From a bacterium (lineage in GTDB: Bacteria > Zhuqueibacterota > Zhuqueibacteria > Residuimicrobiales > Krinioviventaceae), in assembly GCA_963693055.1 (NCBI GenBank), contig OY843751.1:192001-256000 (forward strand): a DNA stretch of 64,000 bases. The letters are read 5' to 3'. The notes beneath the pieces were generated by a model that was given only the letters and a program-made list of their open reading frames with translations, ran no database searches and had not been told where the DNA came from. Numbering within the stretch: position 1 is the stretch's first letter; each line of letters opens with the position of its first letter. Below, piece by piece: positions 28,652 through 39,700 of the stretch. The translations under genes and the position numbers were made by a program.

Positions 28652-31600
28652 ATGAAAAATTTAATTCTGGTTTTATTTTTGACGGTAACACCGTTGCTGG
28701 TTTGGGCTGCAAACAGTGCTGGTTTGACTAGCTCACAAGAGCAGCCCCTCTATGCACCTGGTAAAATTGTAGTGAAATTCAAAAGCGGGAGCAGTGAGTT
28801 TAATTATGATCCTGCGAAATCTGTCAGGAGTAAAACTGAATTTGCTTCAATAAACGCAAAATTGTATAAATGGGATGTTCAGCAGGCAGATAAAACCTTT
28901 GCGAAGGCTAAACGTCCCTTTGATACATCAAAAACTGATTTGTCCTGTGTTTACGAGTTGTCATTTGCTGCTGATGTTGATGTTGCGGCGATTGCGGCAG
29001 ATATTGCAGCATGTGAGAATGTAGAGTATGCAGAGCCTGTGTATTTGTACAAACAGTTTGAAATCCCCTATGATCCCAATTTTGGTTACCAAAATTATTT
29101 ACAAACAGTAATGCTTGATAAAGCCTGGGATGTAGGCAAAGGTTCCAAAGATATAATTGTTGCTGTTATAGATGACGGTGTAGACTGGCACCATGAAGAC
29201 CTGGCTGAGAATATCTGGAATAATTTGGGCGAAGATGTTAATGGTGATGGCCAGATTACAGATGCAGATGTGAACAATTTTGATGATGATGGTAACGGCT
29301 ATATAGATGATTTCAGGGGATGGGATTTTATCCATGTGCCCGATGACTGGTCAACTTATTTGCAGCCCTTGGACGATTCGGATGGCAAGATACCAGATAA
29401 TGATCCTTATGGGATGGGCGGTCACGGAACACATGTTGCAGGTATCGCGGGAGCTGTCAGTGATAACGGGATAGGTATCGCCGGGGCAAGTTGGGGCTGC
29501 TCCATTATGCCATTGAAATGTGGTTGGGTAGCACAGGGATATTTGGAATCCTTTATTTACGAAGGTTATAAAGCTATTTTTTACGCCGTAGACAATGGCG
29601 CAAATATAATTAACATGAGTTGGGGCGGTGAAGGTTATAGCAAGTTACACCAGGACCTGGTGAATTATGCCTGGGAACATGGTGTTTTTGTCATTGCTTC
29701 CGCGGGGAACTATGCATCAGATACCCCGATTTACCCCGGTGCTTATAACCATGTGTTTAATGTTGCAGGGACAGGCAATGATAACGATCAGGTTTATTCT
29801 TTTACAAACTATGGTGACTGGATTGATATTAGTGCACCAGGTGTAACTATTTACAGTACCTTGAATGACAATAACTATGGTTACAAATCCGGAACTTCCA
29901 TGGCGGCACCTCTTGTTGCCGGTATAGCAGGTTTACTATGGTCACAGTATCCGGATTGGAGTCTTGACCAAATAACGGACCAACTGATCGCAACAGCAGA
30001 CAATATAGATGATGTGAACCCGGATTATAGGGGCTTGTTGGGTGCCGGACGAGTGAATGCTTTTCGTGCGTTAACGGAATCGCCTTCTTTGATAAAAATT
30101 GAATCTTTAACCATTGATGATTCAAAAGGGAATGCAAATGGTGTGTTTGATGCCGGGGAAACAGTAGAATTGTTTGTGGCCCTGAAAAGTATTTATAAAG
30201 ATGTTGAGAATGTTCTGGTTAGCATCACCACGCAGGATATTTATGTTTCTATTGATGTTTCAGATATAAACTTTGGCAATCTCGACAGAAACGTATCTGT
30301 ATCCAATTTGATGACCCCATTTGTTTTGACAGCCTCACAGGATACTCCGGAGGATTATCCTGTTTTATTAGAGGTGCAGATTTTAGGCAATGATGGAGCA
30401 TATGTAAGAACAGAGAGCCGAAAAATTACAATTAATCCTCTGTATAAAACGCATAATATAAATAATATCAAATTTTCAATTTCAGGTTTTGGTATTTACG
30501 GTTACTATGATGGTACCAATACACATACGCAGCAGGGTGAAGGATTCCAATATCCCAAGGGAAGCATGAATGCATTGCGATCGGGTTCCTTTTGGGCGGG
30601 TACGAGTTCTGAAAATGTTGCCGACTGTTCCAGTTCAGGCAGTTCTTATGACTGGATTACTGTTGATGGCGGTGAATTAGAGTTTAATGAAACCAACTTT
30701 TCTGATCAGGATGGAAATGCGCTTTTTAATGATTCAGGTAATAGTTCTTCAATGGGGTTGATAGTATTACAACAAAGTTTTGCCTGGAATGATCCTGCTG
30801 ATGAAGATTATATTATTTTAGAATATACCCTTGTCAATACCAGTGATGAAGAGTTGTCTGACCTTTATGCGGGTCTCTATATGGATTGGGATATTATGAC
30901 AAAAGCCGGAAATTTTAATTCCGTGAATTACGACTATGAATCCGGCTTTGGATATATGACTGCTGAAGGTGCAAATAATTACGGAACTTGTGTTTTGTAT
31001 CCTGAAACCGCAGGATTCAGAGCAATTGATCTTGGTCAAGACCAATATACTGTGCTGCAAGATGAAAAGAAATATCAATATTTATCACAGGGCTTTAGTA
31101 TCGTATCAAGTAATGAAGCACATGATTGGGCAAATGTGATTTCTGCCGGGCCGTTTACATTGGCTCCGGGAAAAGTTCAAAAAGTGGCTTTTGCGGTATT
31201 GGGAGGTAATGATTTAAGTGATATAAAAGCAAATGTTGCCGCTGCCAGGCAAAAGCATTTCTCTGGCTGGTTAAATGATATAATGATTGATTTTTCACCC
31301 TTGCCTGATACCGAGAATATTGATAATCCCTATCCTGTTCAGGCAGACATCTCTAGTGTTACGGAAAATATTACTGCTGCAGCGTTGTATTGGAGAGTTG
31401 AAGGAGAAACACAATTTGAAACGCTGCCCATGGAGTTGAAAATCGGAAAAACATGGTATGCAGAAATTCCTGCTCAAAACGATAAAGAAATCGAATATTT
31501 TTTCAGTATTAACAATGATAATGAACAATCGGCTTTTTCACCTGCAACAGCTCCGGCACTACCCTATCACTTTTATGCTGGAGCGGATACCATACGGCCA

Positions 31601-32680
31601 GTTATTAATGAAATGACACAGTTGGAAAATACCCTGTTTAAAGGACCTTTTGTTATAGAGTCAAATATATCTGATAATTTTGGTGTTGATACTACCAATG
31701 TTCAATTGATTTACTACCTGAATGATGAGGGTCCGTTTACTAAAAAAATGAATAAAGCGGCAAATGATATTTTTTCTGCTGAATTAGCTTTTGACAGGGC
31801 TTTGGAAATTGGAGATCGGATCAGTTATTATATCTCTGCTTTTGATATATCAAATGCTGCCAATAATGCATTGAGCGATATCATTACTTTTGATATTGTT
31901 GATTTTTTACTGGTAGATGACTTTGAAGATGATCGGGATATATGGGATTATGATAATGGATATGTTTGGGATTATAGTTATACTGCGTATGAAGGCTATT
32001 ATTCCTATGCTTATACATATGCATATGCCTTGATGTCCAATTATACTGAAGATGCTGCTTTGACGGCTGGGTATGATTTTTCGCAAAATATGGATCTTGC
32101 ATTACAATATTATGTTAAATCTGGTCTTGAAGATGGCGATTCATGCCTGCTTCAGGTTACCCGTGACGGTATAGAATGGCAAACTTTTAAATCTTATACT
32201 GGCCAGGGTGGCGATGAATGGATCAAAGAGTCCTTTTCTATGACAGAATATACCGGTCCGGGAAATGATAATGTTCGTTTCCGGTTCAGGCTTGTACTGG
32301 ATGATGATGATGTTTCGGATGATGGAATTTATATTGATTATATTGGTTTTAAAGTAAATTCAACGTCCGGGATAGATGATATTGATAAAGATCGCATTCC
32401 AACAGTATTTCGCCTGGAACAAAATTATCCGAATCCCTTTAATCCGGAAACGGTTATATCTTTTGATTTACCCCAGCCAGAATATACGGAATTGACTGTA
32501 TTTAATGTATTGGGTCATAAAGTAGCAACACTGTTAAAAACTCCCATGAATGCGGGCTCGCATCAAATTGTCTGGAATGGCAAAGATGCCAATGGAAACC
32601 AGGCTGCATCCGGAGTGTATTTTTACCAATTAAAATCAGGAACCTTTAACAAAATAAAGAAAATGATATTATTAAGATAA
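28652..32680 (+). CDS. S8 family subtilisin-like serine protease, multidomain, T9SS CTD
   Basis: Catalytic triad VIDDG, GHGTHVAG, SGTSMAAP; oxyanion SAGN. CTD QNYPNPFNP. Confidence 0.93.
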   Translation: MKNLILVLFLTVTPLLVWAANSAGLTSSQEQPLYAPGKIVVKFKSGSSEFNYDPAKSVRSKTEFASINAKLYKWDVQQADKTFAKAKRPFDTSKTDLSCVYELSFAADVDVAAIAADIAACENVEYAEPVYLYKQFEIPYDPNFGYQNYLQTVMLDKAWDVGKGSKDIIVAVIDDGVDWHHEDLAENIWNNLGEDVNGDGQITDADVNNFDDDGNGYIDDFRGWDFIHVPDDWSTYLQPLDDSDGKIPDNDPYGMGGHGTHVAGIAGAVSDNGIGIAGASWGCSIMPLKCGWVAQGYLESFIYEGYKAIFYAVDNGANIINMSWGGEGYSKLHQDLVNYAWEHGVFVIASAGNYASDTPIYPGAYNHVFNVAGTGNDNDQVYSFTNYGDWIDISAPGVTIYSTLNDNNYGYKSGTSMAAPLVAGIAGLLWSQYPDWSLDQITDQLIATADNIDDVNPDYRGLLGAGRVNAFRALTESPSLIKIESLTIDDSKGNANGVFDAGETVELFVALKSIYKDVENVLVSITTQDIYVSIDVSDINFGNLDRNVSVSNLMTPFVLTASQDTPEDYPVLLEVQILGNDGAYVRTESRKITINPLYKTHNINNIKFSISGFGIYGYYDGTNTHTQQGEGFQYPKGSMNALRSGSFWAGTSSENVADCSSSGSSYDWITVDGGELEFNETNFSDQDGNALFNDSGNSSSMGLIVLQQSFAWNDPADEDYIILEYTLVNTSDEELSDLYAGLYMDWDIMTKAGNFNSVNYDYESGFGYMTAEGANNYGTCVLYPETAGFRAIDLGQDQYTVLQDEKKYQYLSQGFSIVSSNEAHDWANVISAGPFTLAPGKVQKVAFAVLGGNDLSDIKANVAAARQKHFSGWLNDIMIDFSPLPDTENIDNPYPVQADISSVTENITAAALYWRVEGETQFETLPMELKIGKTWYAEIPAQNDKEIEYFFSINNDNEQSAFSPATAPALPYHFYAGADTIRPVINEMTQLENTLFKGPFVIESNISDNFGVDTTNVQLIYYLNDEGPFTKKMNKAANDIFSAELAFDRALEIGDRISYYISAFDISNAANNALSDIITFDIVDFLLVDDFEDDRDIWDYDNGYVWDYSYTAYEGYYSYAYTYAYALMSNYTEDAALTAGYDFSQNMDLALQYYVKSGLEDGDSCLLQVTRDGIEWQTFKSYTGQGGDEWIKESFSMTEYTGPGNDNVRFRFRLVLDDDDVSDDGIYIDYIGFKVNSTSGIDDIDKDRIPTVFRLEQNYPNPFNPETVISFDLPQPEYTELTVFNVLGHKVATLLKTPMNAGSHQIVWNGKDANGNQAASGVYFYQLKSGTFNKIKKMILLR

Positions 32681-32714
32681 ACAACTAAACTCTAACCTAA
32701 TACAGGGGAACTGT

Positions 32715-35700
32715 ATGATGAAAAAAACAAGACTATTATTAGTAGCTGTTCTTGCATTACTGGTAGTTGGTGTTTTGCCGCTGTCAGCCGCAAAGAATAT
32801 GAAACTGAACAATCGTAATTACACACAACCAGTGTGGGAAGTGAATACGACACCCCAGGATGTTGAATACATGCCGGGTAAATTGATGATTAAATTCAAG
32901 TCAGATGTGAGTTCTGCTTTGTATCGTCAGGGAGTTAGCGGTCCATCTGTGGGCATTCCAACAATTGATGCCAAAATGAATAAATGGAATGTCCAAAAAA
33001 TTGACAAGGCATTCCCCAATAAAACTGCTCCTGTTGATGCAAGTCATACAGACTTGTCTCGTATCTATGAAATTCAATTTTCTGCCGATCGCAATGTTGT
33101 TGACCTCGCTCAGGATTTTTCATCTGATCCTGCCGTTGAATACGCGGAACCGGTTTTCATTCGTTATACCCAGGTGGAACCGAATGATCCCAATTATTCT
33201 CAACAATTTCATTGGGATATTGTGAAAATGGAAGAAGCCTGGGACCTTAGCCAGGGTTCGAGTGATATTGTTATTGGCATTATTGATACCGGTGTTGACT
33301 GGAACCATGAAGACCTTGCTGATCACATCTGGGAAAATATGGGCGAAGATGCCAATGGTGATGGTATGATCACCGCTGCCGATATAAACAATGTTGATGA
33401 TGATAACAATGGTTATATTGATGATTTCCGCGGATGGGACTTTGTTGATGTACCCGCAAATTATGATGAAGATAATCAACCCGCAGATGGTGAAGATGGT
33501 ACCGTTCCAGATAATGATCCTACAGATTTTGATGGTCACGGCAGCCATGTTGCAGGTATCTCTTCTGCGGTTACCAATAATGAGATTGGTGTTGCAGGTG
33601 CCGGTTGGGGCTGCTCTATTATGGCCCTTAAAGCGGGTTACCAGAATCAGGGTGGTAACGGTTCAATCGGTTGGGGATACCCAGCTATAGTTTATGCTGT
33701 TGATAATGGCGCTAATATCTTGAACCTGAGCTGGGGTGGCGGCGGTTACAGCCAGTTTGAACAGGATGTAATGGATTACGCCTGGCAGCATGATGTACTT
33801 GTTATCACTTCGGCGGGTAATGATGATACAGATCAATTACCTTATCCCAGTGGTTATGACCATGTAGTAAATGTTGCTGCTACTATTCATGATATTGATA
33901 TTAAATCCAGTTTTTCCAATTATGGTGAATGGGTAGACATTTGTGCTCCCGGAACTACTATTTACAGTACTTTACCGGGCGACCGTTATGGTTACTTGTC
34001 TGGTACATCTCAGGCATGTCCTGTTGTTGTAGGTATTGCCGGTTTGGTTTGGGCAAATAATCCCGGGTGGAGCAGTGATCGCGTTGCTTTGCAGCTGTTA
34101 GAAACTGCTGATCCGGTAGATGACCGTAATCCTGATTTTCAGGGACTGTTGGGTTCGGGACGTGTTAATGCTTACCGTGCATTGACAGAATCTCCTTCTT
34201 CTGTACAGGTAGAGTCTTATTCTTTTACAGATCCTACTGGCAACAATGATGGTATACTTGACATTGGTGAGACTATCAATATTTTTGTTGAATTGAAAAG
34301 TTATCTTGACAACGTTTCAAATGTAAGCATAAGCATGAGTACCGAAAATGAATATGTGACGTTGAGTAATTCAACGGTTTCTTATGGTTCAATAATGAAA
34401 GATCAAATTGTTACCAATACTTCAAGTCCATTTGTAATGACTGCAAGTTCTGATGCTCCCATTGGTGAATATGTATCACTCAAACTGGATATTACCGGTA
34501 ATGATGGAGCATACAAAAAAACAAAGTTTATTAATGTGACAATTCAACCCTTGTATAATAATCATAATATAAATAATGTAGATTTTACAGTAACCAGTTT
34601 TGGTATTTTCGGTTATAACGATTATGCAGAGACCGGCCAGCAATTTGGGACTGGTTTTCAGTATCCCAAAGGCACTGAAAGTGCATTATATATGGGTGCA
34701 TTTTGTGTGGCTGCTGCACCTGATCAGGTATCGGACTGTGCATATGGTAACGCGACTTATGATCATTATGACTGGATAACCAGTGATGGGGGAAATCTAA
34801 GAATGGGCAGCGCCGATGTTTCTGATCAGGATGGTGTGGCCATGTTTAACGATTCCCGCGCTGAAAATCCCATTGGTCTGGATGTTGTCCAAAAAAGTTA
34901 TGCATGGAACAATCCTACTGATGAAGATTATGTTATTGTTGAATACACCTTGATGAACAATACCAGTGAGACCATGGAAGATCTGTACGCAGGTTTGTTT
35001 ATGGACTGGGACATTGATATTGCAGTGGATAATTTGAACACTGTAGGTTATGATGCTGAAACCAGCTTGGGATACATGACATCTTCTGGTGCAAATTATT
35101 ATGGCATAAGTGTATTATACCCCGAGATAGCAAGTTATAGAGCCATTGATCATAGTCAGTATTTATATGACAATGCTTTGACAGATGCATTAAAATATCA
35201 GTTTATGACCGAAGGCATGGTTGTTACTGCAAGTGATTATGCGTTTGACTGGTCAAACTTGATCTCTGCCGGGCCTTTTACTTTAGAACCGGGAGAACTG
35301 CAGGTTGTTTCTTTTGCGGTACTGGGTGGCGATGATCTTGCTGACATTAAAGCCAATGCGCAGGCAGCACATACAAAATACAATGTTTTGGCACCATCTT
35401 CTATTGTGATAAATCACTCTCCTTTAAAAGATACAGAAGATGTAGCTAATCCTTATGTTGTTACTGCAGATCTTACCAATAGCGAAGGTCAGGTTGTTTC
35501 TGCCGATCTGTATTGGAAGACTGAAGGCGATGAAGAATTTAGTGTTGTTAGCATGTCTGCTGCTATTGAAGATGCATGGACTGCCAATATCCCCGCACAA
35601 TCTGAAAAACAGGTTCAATACTATATTAAAGCAACGGATGAAGTGGGCCGTTCAAGCCTGTCTCCCAATACGGCTCCGGTTCAATCATACGGCTTTTATG

Positions 35701-36797
35701 CCGGTGCAGATGATGAAGCACCCGTTATTTCCGAGATGACTGAAATTCTGGATACGTTTAACGCAGAAGGCCCGTTTACTGTAACCGCAACCATTACAGA
35801 TAACCTGGGTGTTGATGATGCCACTGTTGTTGTTGATTACCAGCTGAATGAAGAAGAACCTCAGCAAGTTGCCATGACCGCTAATGGTGATGAAACCTAT
35901 ACAGCAGATATGTCTTTTAGCCGTGATTTAACCAGTGGTGATCAGATAAGTTATACTGTAACTGCCAAAGACCTTTCTGCATCTGCAAATAGTGTTACCA
36001 GTGAACCGGTAGCATTTTCTATTGTCAGTACTTTACTTGTTGATGATTTTGAATCAGAACTCACAAAATGGGACCTTGGTTCAGTTTGGGAAACCAATTT
36101 CTTTTCTCATCAGGGTAACAATTCACTAACTGACAGTCCTTTGGGATTTTATGAACCCAATAGCCAGTCTGTTTTGACACTGGCAGATGGTTATGATTTC
36201 TCTGCAAGAAGCGAAATTACGGTTTCTTTTTACATGATATACATCCTGAGTGATGGCGATGCTCTGTATTTTGAAGCGTCCCGTGACGGCACCAACTGGC
36301 AAACATTGAAAACCTACACAGGTGAATCTGGCTACTCTTGGATTGAAGAACAGGTTTCGTTGAATGATTATGTTGGTGCAGGAAATGAAAACGTACAGTT
36401 CCGTTTTAATCTGGTAGCGGATGGAGATAATAATGTTGGTGACGGTGTTTATCTTGACGACATTTATATTCTCGCTGATGGTGTAAACGCTATTGATTCT
36501 CAAGAAGAATCTGTTCCTACAGAATACAGTTTAATGCAAAACTATCCGAATCCTTTTAATCCTGTAACGACTGTTGCTTATGAACTTCCTAAAGCAGGTC
36601 AGGTAAGTATTGAAATTTACAGTATTTTGGGTGAACGCATTGCAACACTTGTTGATCGCGAACATCAGGCTGGACGATACAAAGTAGTCTGGAACGCGTT
36701 GAACGATAATGGCGTTAAAGTATCATCCGGTGTTTATTTTTACAAAATTAAAACCGAATCATTTGTAAATGTGAAAAAGATGATATTGATAAAGTGA
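32715..36797 (+). CDS. S8 family subtilisin-like serine protease, multidomain, T9SS CTD (paralog)
   Basis: Catalytic triad IIDTG, GHGSHVAG, SGTSQACP; oxyanion SAGN. Colinear with the upstream S8. CTD QNYPNPFNP. Confidence 0.93.
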   Translation: MMKKTRLLLVAVLALLVVGVLPLSAAKNMKLNNRNYTQPVWEVNTTPQDVEYMPGKLMIKFKSDVSSALYRQGVSGPSVGIPTIDAKMNKWNVQKIDKAFPNKTAPVDASHTDLSRIYEIQFSADRNVVDLAQDFSSDPAVEYAEPVFIRYTQVEPNDPNYSQQFHWDIVKMEEAWDLSQGSSDIVIGIIDTGVDWNHEDLADHIWENMGEDANGDGMITAADINNVDDDNNGYIDDFRGWDFVDVPANYDEDNQPADGEDGTVPDNDPTDFDGHGSHVAGISSAVTNNEIGVAGAGWGCSIMALKAGYQNQGGNGSIGWGYPAIVYAVDNGANILNLSWGGGGYSQFEQDVMDYAWQHDVLVITSAGNDDTDQLPYPSGYDHVVNVAATIHDIDIKSSFSNYGEWVDICAPGTTIYSTLPGDRYGYLSGTSQACPVVVGIAGLVWANNPGWSSDRVALQLLETADPVDDRNPDFQGLLGSGRVNAYRALTESPSSVQVESYSFTDPTGNNDGILDIGETINIFVELKSYLDNVSNVSISMSTENEYVTLSNSTVSYGSIMKDQIVTNTSSPFVMTASSDAPIGEYVSLKLDITGNDGAYKKTKFINVTIQPLYNNHNINNVDFTVTSFGIFGYNDYAETGQQFGTGFQYPKGTESALYMGAFCVAAAPDQVSDCAYGNATYDHYDWITSDGGNLRMGSADVSDQDGVAMFNDSRAENPIGLDVVQKSYAWNNPTDEDYVIVEYTLMNNTSETMEDLYAGLFMDWDIDIAVDNLNTVGYDAETSLGYMTSSGANYYGISVLYPEIASYRAIDHSQYLYDNALTDALKYQFMTEGMVVTASDYAFDWSNLISAGPFTLEPGELQVVSFAVLGGDDLADIKANAQAAHTKYNVLAPSSIVINHSPLKDTEDVANPYVVTADLTNSEGQVVSADLYWKTEGDEEFSVVSMSAAIEDAWTANIPAQSEKQVQYYIKATDEVGRSSLSPNTAPVQSYGFYAGADDEAPVISEMTEILDTFNAEGPFTVTATITDNLGVDDATVVVDYQLNEEEPQQVAMTANGDETYTADMSFSRDLTSGDQISYTVTAKDLSASANSVTSEPVAFSIVSTLLVDDFESELTKWDLGSVWETNFFSHQGNNSLTDSPLGFYEPNSQSVLTLADGYDFSARSEITVSFYMIYILSDGDALYFEASRDGTNWQTLKTYTGESGYSWIEEQVSLNDYVGAGNENVQFRFNLVADGDNNVGDGVYLDDIYILADGVNAIDSQEESVPTEYSLMQNYPNPFNPVTTVAYELPKAGQVSIEIYSILGERIATLVDREHQAGRYKVVWNALNDNGVKVSSGVYFYKIKTESFVNVKKMILIK

Positions 36798-39700
36798 GAA
36801 ACGTTTTATTCTACATATTTTTGCTAGTATTTATTGGAAAACCCGGCGATGTTTTTGCTCGCTGGGTTTCCCATTTAAAGACTGGTACAGAACAGACATC
36901 TTTTGATTTTCAGAAGAATGGTACTGTTTTTAATGCAAGTATGTCCGGCTTTGAAATAACGGACCAACGTGCTCAAGATGTAGACTGGTATAAAGTAGCG
37001 ATCCCTGGTACGGATTTGAGTAAACAGCCTGGATTTCCCCAGTTGCCAGTTATGTATCGTTTATTAGAGGTACCGTTTGACGGAGATGTGCATATTGAGA
37101 TACATCCCGGATCAATGGAGCTGGTGGATCTTGAAAAGAGCGGGTTTACTCGTCCCATCATTCCGGTTGCATCCTATAACACAACAGATGCGTCACAGCC
37201 CCCTGTTTTTGATAAAGGGGATGTGTACCAAAACAATGAATTCTTTCCTGCTGAACCGGTTGTTGTGGGTGGTTTTGCCCGAATCCGGGGCAAACGTTAT
37301 GTGAGGATTGATTATTATCCATTGCAGTACAATCCTTTTACCGGGCAGGTTCGCTATTATCAGGATTTATCATTCGAGGTGCAGCATGGTTCTGCTCCTG
37401 TAATCAATAAATACCCTGTTTCAGGTTTTGATTCCGTATTGGATGCTTTTGTTTCCAGTGCCGAATCAACATTTGAAAAGGTCCAAGCTCCACCTGTGTT
37501 GCTGATCATTACCCCCGAATCTTTTGTAAATGCAATAACTCCGTTGGTGACATGGAAGCGGCAAAAAGGGTTTGATGTTTCAATTGCTACACTTGCAGAA
37601 ACCGGCAGCGATACCACATCCATTCGTCAATATATTCAAAATGCTTATAATTTATGGGAGCATCCTCCACAGTATGTTTTGCTTGCAGGAGGGACCGAGG
37701 TGATACCTGCATTTGACGGTGGGCATACGCTGAACCCATATGTTACGCATACCACAGATCTGTATTATGGCGAGATGGATGGTGACGGAGATGTGTTTAC
37801 CGATCTGTTTGTTGGGCGTTTCCCCGCATCCTCAGCGTCCGAGTTGGCTATTATGGTCACCAAAAGCCTCTCGTATGAGCAGTTGAATGCCCCAGACCAG
37901 AGCTGGCTGGAGTATGCTACATTTATAGCAACACAAGATGAAAATTTTTATAATTTTGTTCAAGACGGGCATCGTAAAAGCATTTCAAGATATTTTAAGC
38001 CCAATAATGTATCAAGCGATTCTATCTGGACGTTTGATTCGCCCGACAAAGCCCCACTGAACCAGGCTTTTGAGCGCGGTACTGCCAATGTGGTATATTC
38101 CGGTCATGGTAATATTGGGAGCTGGAGTGACTTGGGCACTGCTGTTGAACCATTCAATTTGGTGGATGTTTATTATTTTAATAATATTGATCGGTATCCC
38201 CTGGTGTTCAGTTTTGGTTGTAATGCCGGTGATTATGCACAGGTTGAATGTTTGGGCGAAAGCTGGTTAAAATATGAAAATACAGGTGCTGCTCTGTTTT
38301 TGGGTTCTTCAGATCTTTCCATGTGGTATCAGGACTATTATTTGCAGGACCGTTTGTTCAATGCCATCGAAAATGGTGGGTTTTCGACTATATCCGAGAG
38401 TGTTATGGCTGCAAGGTTTGACCTGTTTGCACGCGGATATGCCTATTACGATATTTATCAGGAAATTTATAATATATTGGGTGATCCCACCCTTCCGGTT
38501 TGGATTGGCCAACCCGCAATGCTTACTGTATCCGCACCCGATACTTTACCGGCAAATATTGACAGGGTTACGGTATCTGTTTCATCGGGCTCCACCAGCA
38601 ACGCTTTGGCTGCTATCAGTGCGCAGGGAGAATTTCTGGGAAGCGCATATACCCAACAGGGTGTTGCAGAAATAGCCATTGATGGTGATTTGGCATTATA
38701 TGATAATGTGCTTTTGACTGTTAGCCAGCCCGGCAATGAAACTGTGATAAAATCCATATATATTGATCCCGATATAACCATTACTACAAATCCCCAATAC
38801 CTGACAGCAAATGCAAGTCAACAGATAGAATTTCATGTTGAACAGGCTGGCATAGGTCCCGTATCGGATCTTGAGCTCCATGTTTCTGGTGTTGGAGTAT
38901 CAGGTACTCTAAATTGTATTACCGACGAAAATGGTAACACAAGCCTGGGATTACTTTCATTGTACGGACAGGATCTGATAATAAACGGCAACAGAGTCGG
39001 AGATGATAATCTTTTGTATTCCGGTGTGCTCCCCGTACAATCCGGTTCAGCATTCACAGAATTTGCAGTAACCGCAGGCCCTGCTATTGCGCTTGACAAT
39101 ATTTCGTTTCTTCCCGGAGTGCTTACAAGCGTTGTAGTTACAGCAATTCCCGAGGCTGATTCGTTTTATGTATCGGGTTGTGGTTTAGATACGGTGTGCG
39201 CAAATGCTGATTTTTCTGTTATCCCCCAATCTGATGGCGAATTGACAATCATAGCCGCCAAGGCCGGTTATGAGATCCAGTCCCAATCCTTTGCCGTAGA
39301 CTCGGAATTTGCCGGGATTTCCGGCAAGGTTACACAGGGAGAGGGAGCTGTCCCGAATCCTCTTGTAGAACTGAATGCACTGTGGACAGAGTATGCACTG
39401 TCTGTTGCAGGCGATGAAAACGGATTGTTTGAAATTCTCGATCTACCCTTTGGAAAATATATTGTGCAGGTGAGCGCAAACGGATATGGCGTACAGATGG
39501 ATACTGTTACAATCAATGCAGAGGAGCTGGTATTCGACTATGATCTTGAACTTGTGGACCCCGTTTCTGTACAGGGCCATGTCTTTGATGATTCAGGCGC
39601 ACCTCTGCAGGATGCAGTAATTATTCTTGTAGATCAAAATCAAAAAACGTTTTCGGGGAATGATGGCGTTTTTCAGTCGAGTTCGGTTCTGCCGGGCAAA

